Positions 35,981 through 49,400 of a stretch of 64,000 nucleotides of DNA are shown one piece after another. This DNA comes from Diadema antillarum (lineage: Eukaryota), in assembly GCF_040938485.1 (NCBI RefSeq), contig NW_027271461.1, positions 372,001 to 436,000 on the forward strand, written 5' to 3'. The translations under genes were made by a program, and so were the position numbers. The notes below the pieces were generated by a model. The model saw nothing but the letters and a program-made list of their open reading frames with translations. It was not told the origin of the DNA and did not search any database. Within the stretch, counting starts at the first letter, position 1. Every line of letters starts with the position of its first letter.

Positions 35981-38900
35981 TGGCTTCAGAGAAGACAAAT
36001 TAATAACATTCATAGTATTTTTACAAACTGAAAGAAACATAATTTGTCAATAGACAGCAATATGAAACTTGTAATATTTCTGGGATTGTAGATGTACATT
36101 CAAAGTTTTTGTTAGGCCTGTGACATTTAAAATGACACTTTTGAATGTACAAAATGAATACATCTACATTAATTAATATTACTGCTAATAAAATGTTGTG
36201 TATGAAAGGAGATGAAAACAATTTATTTGTACCAAATGAATCTCATCAAATATAATTGAATACAGGATCTTACACTGAAAGTTAATGCGGCAGAACATCT
36301 CATGTATATCAGACTTGTTAATATCATCCTTCTAGTAGCTAGAAAGCGATACAGGTGTATAAACAAATTTATATGCACAAGAGAGCTGAACCAGTTTGTT
36401 GACAAACCTCACAGAATTGCTTGTACAGTGCACTCCTGTTATAAATTCTTGTTACAACAAAGTACAAATTAATATCTCAATATTCTCATCAATCTGCATA
36501 TCTTTATATGCTTTTCTGTTCGGCTTTAATGAAATTTTGATATTAAAAAAATAAACAACAACAACTGCCAGTCCCGAGGACTTCGTTATAATGAGAGTCG
36601 CCTGTATTAGTCACTATCACTGCGAAAATTGGTCTGATACTGTTGCCCTACATGAACACTGGACATTCAATGTTTGAAGTTGCTGCAAACATTTATGGAT
36701 AAGAATACTTCAGAAAATATCATGACCCACATTAAACCTTAAAATGTGTTATGATTTCTCCTCCAGACTTCATTTCTATCAGGAAAAAACACAAACAAAA
36801 CAAAACAAAAGAAAAGAGAGAAAACTCCATGGAGCTGATGAGATAAGAAGAGGAAAGGAGCCAATGTGGAAGACGCTGATAGGAGCATTAACTATGTTAT
36901 AGCTTCAGCAATCATAATACTGTTTTGTTCCTTATTTCAGCTCAGATACACTGTGAGCTTGCTTTAGATGTGTGCTGGACGATACTAGTCTCCTGGCACT
37001 CAGAGAATACATGGTGAAATCAGCTGTGTGGCCAAAATGACACCACACAAATCAGGACATAAAAGCACACATTAAAAGCTGACAGAAAATAGGCTTTTAC
37101 CTATTCTCCACAGACAAAGAGACAAATATTTTGTGCAAATCACATACATACATTAAATTTTCTACTGTTTGGTGGCCAGAAACAAGTAGTACTAAAATCA
37201 ATAACCTCATTGAGAACCACATACATGGACTAACATAGACTACATGTGTGAACATAAAACAAAAGCTCCTGTCTGACATAAGTACAAGCACTATACACAC
37301 ATTAATATATTGCCTTTTCATTAAGAAGAAACAACAAAGCTAATGCCAAGATTTCACCACATTCAAGTCAACTATAACTAGCCTACTCCACATAGTCAAC
37401 AGATACATGGATGCAAACTATACAATGAATCAAATAAATTACTTGCTGTACAGTATAAAAACGTATTGGCACCAACCAAATCAAAATGTCTGTAAGACTT
37501 CCATACATATAGCTACAATATATGTCTGCTCCCTGTGTTCATTTAATAACAAACAAGACCAGACATCACCATAATCATACATGTCCACTAACATGGCAGT
37601 ACATCATAAAAGCAGTTGGAACAAGCTGACTACTCACACTTGTGGAAAAATAACAGTGGCAACTTCTAAACAAGCTGCTTCCTCATCAGAATACTTAAAG
37701 ATTTTAGGAATTCAAATGGAATTTTGTGCACCTGTCATGGACGGTTAAAAATGCTTTTGTGGTTTTGCTGTCTACCTTGAATCAAAGTGTACTAAATGTG
37801 AATAAAATGTGACTAAAATTTCTAACAACTATTCTATAACACTTTTTACTTATCAAATGAATGATAGGACCATGGTGATCATATCTATACTGATGTCATA
37901 ACCAGTTCTCATGTGGCACTCACGATTATACCACAAATATATATAATTTTCAAAGAACTTAAAAAGCTTTCCAACAAGCTATGATCAGAGCCCACATAAT
38001 TTTTAATAAAAATGTCAATAAGAAGTAACTTAAAAAAATATTTTCTTCCTGGTGTCATTGCCAAGTACATCTAGAATGATATCCTTGTGACAAGTTTACA
38101 TGTCTATGAACTTCTGAAGACTAAGGGACATCAGCAGACACTAATGACTGATTTCTACAATAATGTCATACCATCTCTTTTTGTAATCATTAAAGTCTTG
38201 TCTATTCTTTGCACAAAACACTTGGTGAAAAGCCAAGTACCAACATAATAAATATTGTTGACTTTGATTGTTGGTCAATTTGTGTGATTCCTTCTGGTCT
38301 GAAGTGTTTTACAACAGCTGTGATGCATTTTAGGGGAAATATTTCTTTTTTTGAAGGTGTTTACATGTCAAGGAGTACTGAACCTAGTAAATCCACCAAG
38401 GCTTACATACATTACACTGTATGTGTACTATTTCTAATATAGTGGTATGATCCATTGAGAAAATATTTCAGTCCTAAATGACATCAAAAAAGATTATTTC
38501 CCTTAATGGCAGATGATAATCAAGTTCCCTGTATAAGTCATAACTGTACACATAAAGCTAACTTGACCATAGAATTGAAGTGATTGTACTGGTATTCAAT
38601 TAATATCTACTCATTCAACCATATGTGACAGAATTTAAGTACAATACGATATAAGTACAAGAAAGTAATTCATCCCGCATCCACTGTACAATCACAAAAC
38701 ATATGATCCATGCTTTTAACACAATAACATGTTCTAACAAATTTGTGCGAATATTTGGGGGAAATCTTGAGAGGGCCCCAGTGTTTACTCACTGTGCATT
38801 TAAAAGCAGTCAAAATCCATCTAATATTAAAGGGACACACCATCCTAATATCATGTTGCTTTGTAAAAAAACAGAAAATATCATAAATGAATTAGTGAAA

Positions 38901-40681
38901 GTTTGGGGAATGAATTGGACACACAAAAAAAGTTCTGAATTGATAAAGTTTAGAGAGTAAGAAAAATTGGCAAATCTGTGTGACGTAGTCATTGAGCAGC
39001 TCTCCACTTGGATTGTACACAAAAAGTCAGCAGTTTTCATATTTTAGCCGAAAAAAGAACAGACCTATTCTTAGTATAATTATAATAAGAGTAATACATT
39101 TCTGCATGTCCTTCTCAGTGATTAAGTTCTGTCTGCACCAAAATATTTACTTATCAATATATATTTTAAAAATGAGAATTAGTGAGATTGTGTGTATAAA
39201 AAAATATAGAGCTGCTGAACACCTACATCACACAGAGTTACCCATTTGTCTTAATCTCAAAACTCTGAACAGGTCATTACTTTGTATGTCTGATTCTCTC
39301 TCCCCCCCATCTTTCACAGATCTACTTCTCTGATTTGTCTGTTTTCACACAAAGCAACATATCAGGATGGAATTTCCCTTTAAAATACTAAGGTGCAATC
39401 ACTATACTGCTTTCCATTATTCAACACTACAACTGAGATGTTTAACAAATTGTATTTGAGTGACATAAAGTAAATCAGAGGATTACCCTTATGGACAATC
39501 TATTGTCTGCAAAGTTAGATTCACCATTTCTCTGGCTTTGTCTCAAGTTGTTTACCATGCATAACATGACATAAAACATTACAGCTGAAAATATCTCAGT
39601 GATAGACCACTTGGTCTATTAATAGTAGAAAAATGTGGTCAATGAATATCTCACTTGCATCATGTATGGAAATACCAACTAATACAACTAATTCTTTGGA
39701 ATAAATACAATGTAACTTTTTGTATTTTCCTTGCCAAATGTGGTGACATTTCACAAATGACCCACCCCCTCCCCCTCCCCCCCCCCCCAAAAAAAAAAAC
39801 CCTAACAAACCAAAACAAATGATATTTTACTTTTACTGTATTTATGCTCTTCCATCAATTCCAAATATAATGTACAGCCAATAAACTCTACCCAACATTT
39901 ACACAGCGTTGGTACAGTAATTAATACTACAAATTTACATTAAGTCATTTGGCATGGTATGGAATAGAAAAAGCAAATATGCCAAGTACTGGTAAATAAT
40001 CTGAATAAGTACATGTGCAAGGTGTTGCTTTATCATCTGATTAGAGACAAAACACATGTGACCTGCACTTCATGTAAACATGTCAAATCTAGAAGCTCAA
40101 GTCAGCTGTTCTGTCCACTTGCCATCCCCTCCTACCTTTCACATCTAGCATACATTTTGTCCATGGTAATCCATGATCATCTTTCAAGCATCATATGTGA
40201 GAAACTTGTGTGTCAGTTGTGTTTTTACGAGTCATGTAGGAAACAGCTTAAAATATCTCAGGTCGAGGATTACATCAGGCTGGTACCAGTAAGTCATGTC
40301 ATGGATCAAGTACAAGGCACATGTGTTTGCAAGGTTTGGTTGGACAAAAGGTGAATACTGCTGGCAGAGTTTTGCTTTTCCTACACACAAAACGTTTAAA
40401 GCTTGTTTAATTGAAGATTGACACTTTTCTTGGCTAACTACATCATTAGCACCAACACAATGCTAGCAGTGCAACGAATTATGTAGTCAGACAGTACCAA
40501 CACTTACTGTGACGTCAGTTTATATTTGTCAGTAATGGAAGATATTAGTATCTATATTCCTTACTACAGTACAGACTGACACATCAAATTGACGTATACA
40601 CATATTTCAAGTACACCTTCAAAAGCAAAATATACAGAGTTGTAATGCATAGGTTCATTACACAATGGAATGTTCTGAACT

Positions 40682-43416
40682 TTATATTTGGATCTCTTCT
40701 TCATTTGCTGTGGGGTGAGAGAAGACAATGCCTCCTCCATTATAATGCAATCTTTGAGGAGTGGTATTACCTGATGCTACTCTACTGCTCTGGGAGCTAA
40801 CTCCTGTGGATGTCACCAGGGGTGATAAGGATGGAGATCCTGGCGCAAGGGGTGAGAGTGAAGGGGAGAGGTCTGGTGAGACAACAGCAGGTACGAATGC
40901 ACTCTCCTGGACCACCGGTGACCTTGGCAAGTGATGTGGATGATTCATTATGGAGGTATTGTTCAGCACTCTGTGTGCTACGGGCTTGATAGGGCCCTGT
41001 GGAGTGTTTGTCAGTAATGGAGGTGGGTATGTCTTTACATTTGCTTGCAGGCTCTTCTTCTGCTGTAGTCGCGAGTCTGTGGTCTGTCTCTTGGCCACAG
41101 TGTCATCCTTCAGCTTGGCAATTTCTGCAAAAACATGCGCTAGTGGCTGAAACTGGGGACCCCAGTCTAATAAGTAGTCCCAATTATAGCTACCTGATAA
41201 TTCTTCATCACTGTTCACAATAGAGCTTAGTGAGCCTGCCATGGATGGATGGCCATCTTCAGTGAATCCAAAGACTCTGGTGCCATCCATGACTGCATTG
41301 TCTTCTTCAGCATCCACCTCATCCAGCCTGGCACTGATGAGGTGACCGATGTCAAGGCCCCCTCCGGCCTCCCCTCCTCCTTCCTCTCCAAACACATGCA
41401 TGCTTTCTACGCTGGTGGAATTCAAATAGTTCAGATGCTTCTCGCGTGGGGAATTAATATCAGACACACTTCCATCCTCATGGTCATGGGCTATGCCCGA
41501 GTCGATCACTTTCTCCCTGACATTGCTCTTTGGTGCTCCAAGTCCACCCTCATTGATTCGTCTGATTTCTTCATCTTCCATGGTTGTTGATCCCCGACCA
41601 CTGGAAGCAGAGTTGGACGGTTCTGACACATTGGTACGTGCCATAGTCCCCCCTGCACCAGGTATTACATACAGCTGGCTGTGAGGGTAATGACCAGAAG
41701 AATTCATACCAGGATTCACCATTCCTTGATCACCCATCTCCACTGGGTCCACTGGGTCAAGGGTCATGTCATATGAGCGTGGGGACATTGACCCAGCAAC
41801 ACTACGCTTGTCAGCTTGAGCTTGTTTTTTCTGACGTTCTCTGCGGTATCGCCATACAAAGATTATGATGAGAAGGAAGAGGACAACCACAACTGCTATG
41901 ACAACACTGACTGTAATGACCAGTGTCTGTGGCATCTGTGTAAAGGAACCAGTTCCTGGACCAGAATTTATCACCGTCACTGCAGCTGATGTGTGAGCAG
42001 AGCGAGAACCAGATTTGCCAGAACTTGCACTAATTAATAGGGCATAGATAACAGCACTGTCTGTTTCTCGCTTAGAACGCTCCTCTGATGTAAGGTCAAC
42101 ATTTCTCCTCTTGCGAGAATTTGCTGGTAATTGTTTGGAGACCTTCACAATACCCGACTGAGGTTCTATGTAGAAATATTGATGGACCAAACTGTAAATG
42201 ACAACCCCATCCTCACCACCATCTCTATCTGTTGCTGTGACTTGACCGATGGCAGTATTGACGGCTGCACTTTCATTGACTTCAAACTTGTATTCCTGGT
42301 CCAAGAACTGAGGGCTGAACTCATCTTCACCAGTAATGTTGACTTCAGTCTGGACAGAGTTGCTGAGTCCACCCAAATCCTGAGCTTGAACAAAGAATCT
42401 ATAGCTGTTGGTGGTCTCATAATCAAAAACTGCTGTAGTATAGACTGCTCCAGTGGATCGGTCAATGGTGAAGTAATCTACACCATTGGAGCTTGGGTGA
42501 CTTTTGTTGGTAATAGAATAAAAGATTTGACCATATTCACCAGCATCTTTATCCAGAGCAGTAACAGTAAAGACATATGTCCCTATTGGTGAATTTTCTC
42601 TGACCAGCTTGGAATAGAACAGGACTGTGAAGTATGGGGGGAACTCATTGAAGTCTGTGATATTGATAGTTACTGAAACCAGTGATGCTAGAGATGGGGT
42701 GCCTTTGTCACTGGCCTTCACAGTGAATTCTACTACATCATATTCTTCCCTATCAAGGCTTCCTTTGACAGTGACAATGCCTGTATCTGGGTGGATTCTA
42801 AAGAGATCTGTGTTTGAACCTGACGTGATGCTGTACACAATATCACCATTTTGTCCAACATCCCTGTCTGAGGCACCAACCCTCAATACTTCAGTGTTTG
42901 CAGTTGCATTCTCTGCAATTGATCCAAAGTAGTGCACATGATCAAACACAGGCTTCTGGTCATTGACATCATCAATGCTGATTACAACCTCTGCTGTAGC
43001 ATTATGCTGAGGATCACCACTGTCAACTGCCAGAACAATGAGGCTGTAGGAACCCGTTTCTTCACGATCCAAACTGCGCAGTACAGTGATGGCCCCAGTC
43101 TTGGAGTGGATCTGGAACATACCCTCCTCATTTCCACTGATAATACTGTAGTCAATATTACTATTCTCTGGCGAAAGATCGATGTCATTTGCTGTGACGG
43201 TTACAACATTTTCTCCCAAAGCAGCATTTTCAGGAACATGGCCACTATAGATGTCTTCCTCAAATTGAGGGGAGTTGTTGTTAACATCAGTTATCTCAAT
43301 TCGGACAGTGGTAAGTTGAGACAATACAGGATTTCCATGATCTTGGGCCTTGACATACAGCTGGATGGTGGTCTCACCCATGTTGAACACAATGGTCTGG
43401 TTTGTGTAGATTGTAC
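40682..43416 (-). CDS. DCHS: Dachsous terminal exon (last cadherin repeats, TM, cytoplasmic tail)
   Basis: atatgcag|GT ACA ATC; 2735 bp to TAA. Confidence 0.95.
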
Positions 43417-46400
43417 CTGCATATATAAGTAGAAAATCAACACAATATTTCTCAGTACTCAGTGATGTCTTGGTATCATTCCATATATGTTTTACTTTAG
43501 ACTGTAGTGAAGGCATAATAGTGAAATATCAAATGAACCATTACAGCCTCTACAAATGTGCCATTCAAGAACAAAGAAATACCCTCTCACATTTTGCAAG
43601 ACATATGAAGCTAAGTCAGAAAATCATTCCATTACTTCAGGATGTTCACATTCTCCTCCTAAACTAATCCTATCCACTTTTTAAAGACTTTAAGAGCATG
43701 TGATTCTAAAAATGGTGAACATGTTTACATCAAACTCGTGCAGAAACTCTGATACAACGAAGCCATACCAGCACTTAAACTCATGCAGTCACAATATTTC
43801 TCAGACAGTCATGTACCAAAACTGGCAAACTTACCTGATTCAGGACTGATGTAGAAAGCCTCTGTGGGATCTACAATAACATAGGTCAGCTGGGCATTCT
43901 GGCCACTGTCACTATCAGAAGCATTGACAGTAATGACAGGAACATTAGCTTGTGTCAGCTCAGGGAGGGTCACCTGCAGGATCCAAAGAAATCATACTCC
44001 AAAAGTTAGTAATGCAGCCATTGATCACAGACATTCAAAAGGAGATGCATTGTAATGAACACCATATTTTTCCTGTTTCATAGTACAAGGTGATAGAGGA
44101 AGATACATGTTACGCCTGCAGCACGATTCTGAGACTTAAACGACACCACTCTGTGATTGAAATGACAATTATGTAACATGCCGCACTCAATCCAATCTCA
44201 TATTTTGCCCACCTGATATGATTCCTGATGGAAGACAGGCTCATTGTCATTCTCATCCAAGACAATGATCTCCAGTGATGTTGTAGCCACATGTTGACCA
44301 TCAGTAGCCTCCAGCCCAAGGATGTAAGATTCCTGCTCTTCACGGTCCAAACTCTTAGCCAATGTGATCTCTCCACTAAATGGGGCAATGGCAAACTTGC
44401 CCCCAGGGTTTCCTCCACTGGCAAACCTATACTGGATGTTGGGATCTGTATCTGCATCACTGGCAGTCACCGTAGTAACCAAGGTCCCCACAGTACGACC
44501 TAAACAAAAATGTACATCCAGGAGTAATTATTCCTTAAACTGACGCCATTCAAATCAATCATGCAACAGATGCAATAAACCTGTTTTGTAAAAGTGAAAA
44601 CATACTAGAAATAGATGACAGCTACAAAAGCTTGAATCATGCTAAAACACTTAAAACAACAGCTTTCAATTAGGCACACACACACACAAATTATGATGGC
44701 TCATGAAGTCACTCTGCTGCATTGAGCTGAAATTAGTATGTCTTTCATCACCCAGACACTAAACTCAATTTAATGAAAAAAACAAAAAAACAAGATAAAG
44801 TGAAATAGATTTACATTTACATGGTATTATAGACATAAGTCAGAAGATTTGCTTCTTGCCTAATACTAGCAGCCTTATAACATAGAGAACTTACCTTCAC
44901 TGACACTAATAGGCTCCATAGTCCCAAACACTGGTTGGTTGTCATTAACATCCTTTATACTGATTCGTAGCATTGAGGTGCCAGTAAGCTGGGGTGTTCC
45001 TCCATCTTTGGCAATGATTGTCAGCCGATATGAGTCTTGAATCTCATAATCCAGACTTGTGGCTGTAGTCAGGATGCCTGTTGACTGGTCAATGTCGAAC
45101 GCGTTGTTGGTGTTACCACTGCTGATCTCATAATAGATGGCTCCATTTGTTCCCTCATCTGCATCAGTGGCTGACACCTGGAAAAAGCAGCAGCAAACAT
45201 TGGATAGTTGGGTCTTGCAAAAAAACAAACAAACAAACAAACAAACAAACAAACAAAAAAACAGCACAGTACTGCAAAAGTGGAAATTTTCGCAGTGTTG
45301 AAATTTTCGTGCATTTCGCGCAACCAGAAACTAGCGCAAAAATAAGAGCACACGAATTTATTTGCCTGCCATATGTTCCTGTGCATGATGTCTTGATTTC
45401 GCGGAATGAAAAATCGCGAAACTCTTCTTACCCGGCCAAGCGTGAAAAATAACTCGCGCAAAAATATCCACTTTTACAGTATGCCAAATTGGATCACTGT
45501 CGATAGCATATTTTATTTTGTTTTTTTAAATTAAATTCTATGATTAATGATAAAATCAATTTTAGCCAATTAAAGCCTTGAGCAGTGACTGCACTGGAGA
45601 GTGTAAACTCTTGCAAGACATTTAACATACCGAAGAGTGTTCCTTAGGTTGTAATCATTATTCAGTCAGCCTATATGCCAACAAGAATTCTTATTTCATT
45701 CAAATCAAGAACTAAGCATAAAGTTGACAGAAGTCTTGTAAGTTAGCATGTATTTATTATCATAGTGACATTGGCAACAACAACAATAACAAAAAGCTGA
45801 TGTTATGACTTAAGGGTTTCACCTGAATGACATAGAAGTTAGCATTGGGGCCCTCCCAGACTAGACTGTTGTAGCGGTCCTGGGCAAACTGAGGAGCATT
45901 GTCATTGGCATCCTGCAGCTCAACGAGGACAGTGGTGTAGCCATACTGGGGGCTAGCACCCTCAGGGGACAGGCTGGCTTCCACAACAAGGCGCAGTTCT
46001 GGCTCTGTTTCGTAGTCCAGCTGGCTAGTGTCTGCCACCATGAGTAGGGCATTGACTGTGGAACAGAGAACAATCAACATACTCCTTTTCAATGCAAATA
46101 CCAGCACATAATTCTGCCATACCTGTCACAGTCCATTATAATGCACACAATTTGATTTTAAAAGGAATCAACATTTTTTAACAGATTTTCTGCAGTTATG
46201 TAATCATCTTCACATGACAAAGTATGCTGTAAACTGGGGATAACAAGCCATTCACATGTTAACATTACAACCACAGAAGTCCAGGTAGAGCGTCAATGTC
46301 TGTAACATAAAGAATAAACACAAGAGTAATTTAGCTGACCTGAAGAAACCTGGATAGAGAAAGCTTGTTTCTCATTGCCACTGACTAGGCTGTATGTGAT

Positions 46401-49400
46401 GCTACTTGAGGCTGAGCCATCAGAAAGTCGTGCCTGGAGAGATAGGACTGTCATCCCATTCCCTTCTGCCTCTGACAACGCCACAATGTACTCAGGCTGT
46501 GAGAACTGAAGGCCACCAGATGTGGATGAGCCAACCCATACCTCCACGATGCCTGCAAGACAAAGAAATCACATTCTGGTTTACATCGTTTGGACATTGT
46601 TTAGCATTGTAGGAAGAATTGGAACATTTTTTGTCATCCCTTAGGGAGAAGGCCATAAGAATCTTGAGGGAAGATAAAGAGTCCCAAATTCTGCCACTTT
46701 TTCTTTCATCAAGAGCCCGGTAACTGCACAGACTGCAGCATGATGAATAAAATTTGTAACAATCTCTACAGGTGGCTACCAAGACATTTGATGTCTTACT
46801 AGAAAGCACTAGGAGACTTTCACAAAGCAGCTCATTTCCACGCACATACATGCATGCTGGAATCGCCCTTATTTCCATATGATAAAGAAGCCTTTCTGTT
46901 AAGTCTCAGAAGGCGTTTTCACATCAGCCCAATGTTTCGAAATAGCGCGCTATTTTCTGACATGAGAAGTTAAAAAATATCTCGAGCTTGGATTTTTATC
47001 GGGCTGATGTGAAAACGCCTAGAGTCTACCTCCTCAGCAGCTTACTGACCAATTGACAGCTGACAATTTACAATAACAATGACAATTATATCACTATTCC
47101 TCGTCACCCTTGTGGAGTATTGGGGAGAACAATGAATACATTTTACTGCAGGCTGTGCCTGGAGTGCATGCTCATCAGTGCCTGTAAATGCGCACCTCAA
47201 ATACAAACAGCTTGAATGCCCTGGTGTGAAGGTCCCATTTTCAAATGATTATCCTTAAAAAAAAGAAAAAAGTATCCTGTATCCAGATGGCAAACTGGAT
47301 CACTACCAACATTTTATCATCCGTTCCTTGCATCGTTATCAAGTTTTCCTGTAAATCTAATCCACATCTGTTCACTACTTTTTGAGTTATTTTGCTAACA
47401 GACAAACAAACAATGCCGGTAAAAATGTAACCTCCTTGGTAGAGGTAGACTAAACTTCTTTCCCACAAAATGGCCATAACAGAAGTCACAAAAGCCTAAA
47501 AGGCTCATTAGAATAATATATGTAGTTTACTGATTTCCTTACCATTAAAGGGATAGTACAGTATTGGTGGAGATGAAAATTTGGCTTTTAAATTTTTGCA
47601 AGATACCAAGAAAACACTTATGATATAATTCAGAGCATACCATTTTAAGAGGAATTCAAAATTTATTTGATGAAAATCGGGTTTGGAATGACTGAAACAT
47701 CCAAAAACAAAGTAAAACAAAGCGATCGTGATAAAGTGTGGGTCCCACACTTTATTAGAATTACTCTATTTTGGATATCTCAGCCATTTCAAAACCAATT
47801 TTCATCAAATAAACGCTGAATTCCTCGTAGAATTAAATGCTCTTTCATATTTTATAAGAGGTTTCTCATTATCTCACCAAAAAATGTTAGAAACCTGAAA
47901 TTAGGTCTCAACCAAAACTATACAATCCCTTTAAGATCTTTTTGTGCTAGAATCATCTCATCATTAAATCGTAGAATATGTATTGGAGTAAAATCATCAG
48001 AGATTCTCCCCTGGAATAAGAAATCCATCTATGTACAGTTCCTTCTGCAGAACACACACACACTCACTACAAAATGTACTTCAATTAGAATCACAGCACT
48101 GAATTACAGCACCATGTTTCACCCTTATAAAGTCACATACCAGTGCTGCTGAGTGAAGGTGAACCCCCATCTTCAGCCACCACCTCCAGACGGTAGAATG
48201 TGACACCTGCCACAAGATTCTTGGTAGTAATGACCCCATTGGTGGCATCAATGGCAAATGCTGAGGACTGCTGAGCAAGTCTGATTGACAGAATGACATA
48301 AGAAGTGAAATAGTTCTGTTGCTTTGCGCTTGTCTTAAAGCAACTCAATATTCACACTAGAAAAGTTTAAAAGAGTATTTTACCTTTTCAACTAGTACAG
48401 AGTCCCCATGGCAATATACAGATAGTGAATGGTCACGAGTGTGAAAGTTTGTTCCATTGCATGAGTAAAGACCATACACTATTTGTTTAATACAACATCT
48501 CGGACATCAACAGATGTGGTCCACACAGATTCTTGAATTAAGCACGGAAAAGGCAACCATTTTTTGGGAAAGGTAAATGAGTAGCACAGTCTTGGTCAGT
48601 GTAGTCGTATGTGTACATACACCACGCGAAACCGATCGGTTGAAGTTGTTTACAGAATGAGTGACAAAATGGACATTTGTAATTGTTGAGTGCACGCAGT
48701 AAATGTTTGTTGAAAGTGACATCAGAGCCATGCAGTGGAACAAAAACTTTGAGTTAAATGCCCTATTCATTTTTGCTCAAACAAAATTGCGGGGCGGCTG
48801 ACAGCAACAGCATGCAATGGAATTTCTCACTGCATGTCACATGGTGAGCAATCGACCAATCGGAATGCTACATTCTTTTTAGATGTTGTATAATGTCATA
48901 GAATCTTACACTTAGCTTGCCATCCTGTGAAGATTGAGATGTTGTCATTCAATAAACAAATTTTCAGAGATGGAAGTGAAATTCTTGTCATAGTTTGAGA
49001 GATACCTGTACGTGACTTCTCCATTGGTGCCACTGTCTTTGTCCTCTGCCTGGACAGCTGCAACCAGGGTGTTGGGGGATGAATCCTGGCTTACATTGGC
49101 TCTGACAGGGATTGTCTCAAACACAGGTGCATTGTCATTGACGTCACTGATATCAATTCTGACCTGCACTCGCTCACTGCGGGGTCCAAACATACCGTAA
49201 TCAGTAGCTGTAACCTGGAAGGTGTAGTGGGTCTCCTTCTCATAGTCAAATCTCCTGTGGAAAGATTCAGATAGTCTGGCATTATGTAGTTGAAGCAGAT
49301 GAGTAATGCAGGTAATGTTCATGTGGATGAGAAGTTGTAAATTGAGATTGTTGTCATAATAACCAGACAAGACCTTTCATCATCGTCATTGATCCAAATT

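Noticed and set aside
40950-43432. Numerous plus-strand ORFs of 60-170 aa
   Set aside because: Antisense shadows of the Dachsous terminal exon; the same applies to those opposite the UGT V exons and other Dachsous exons.
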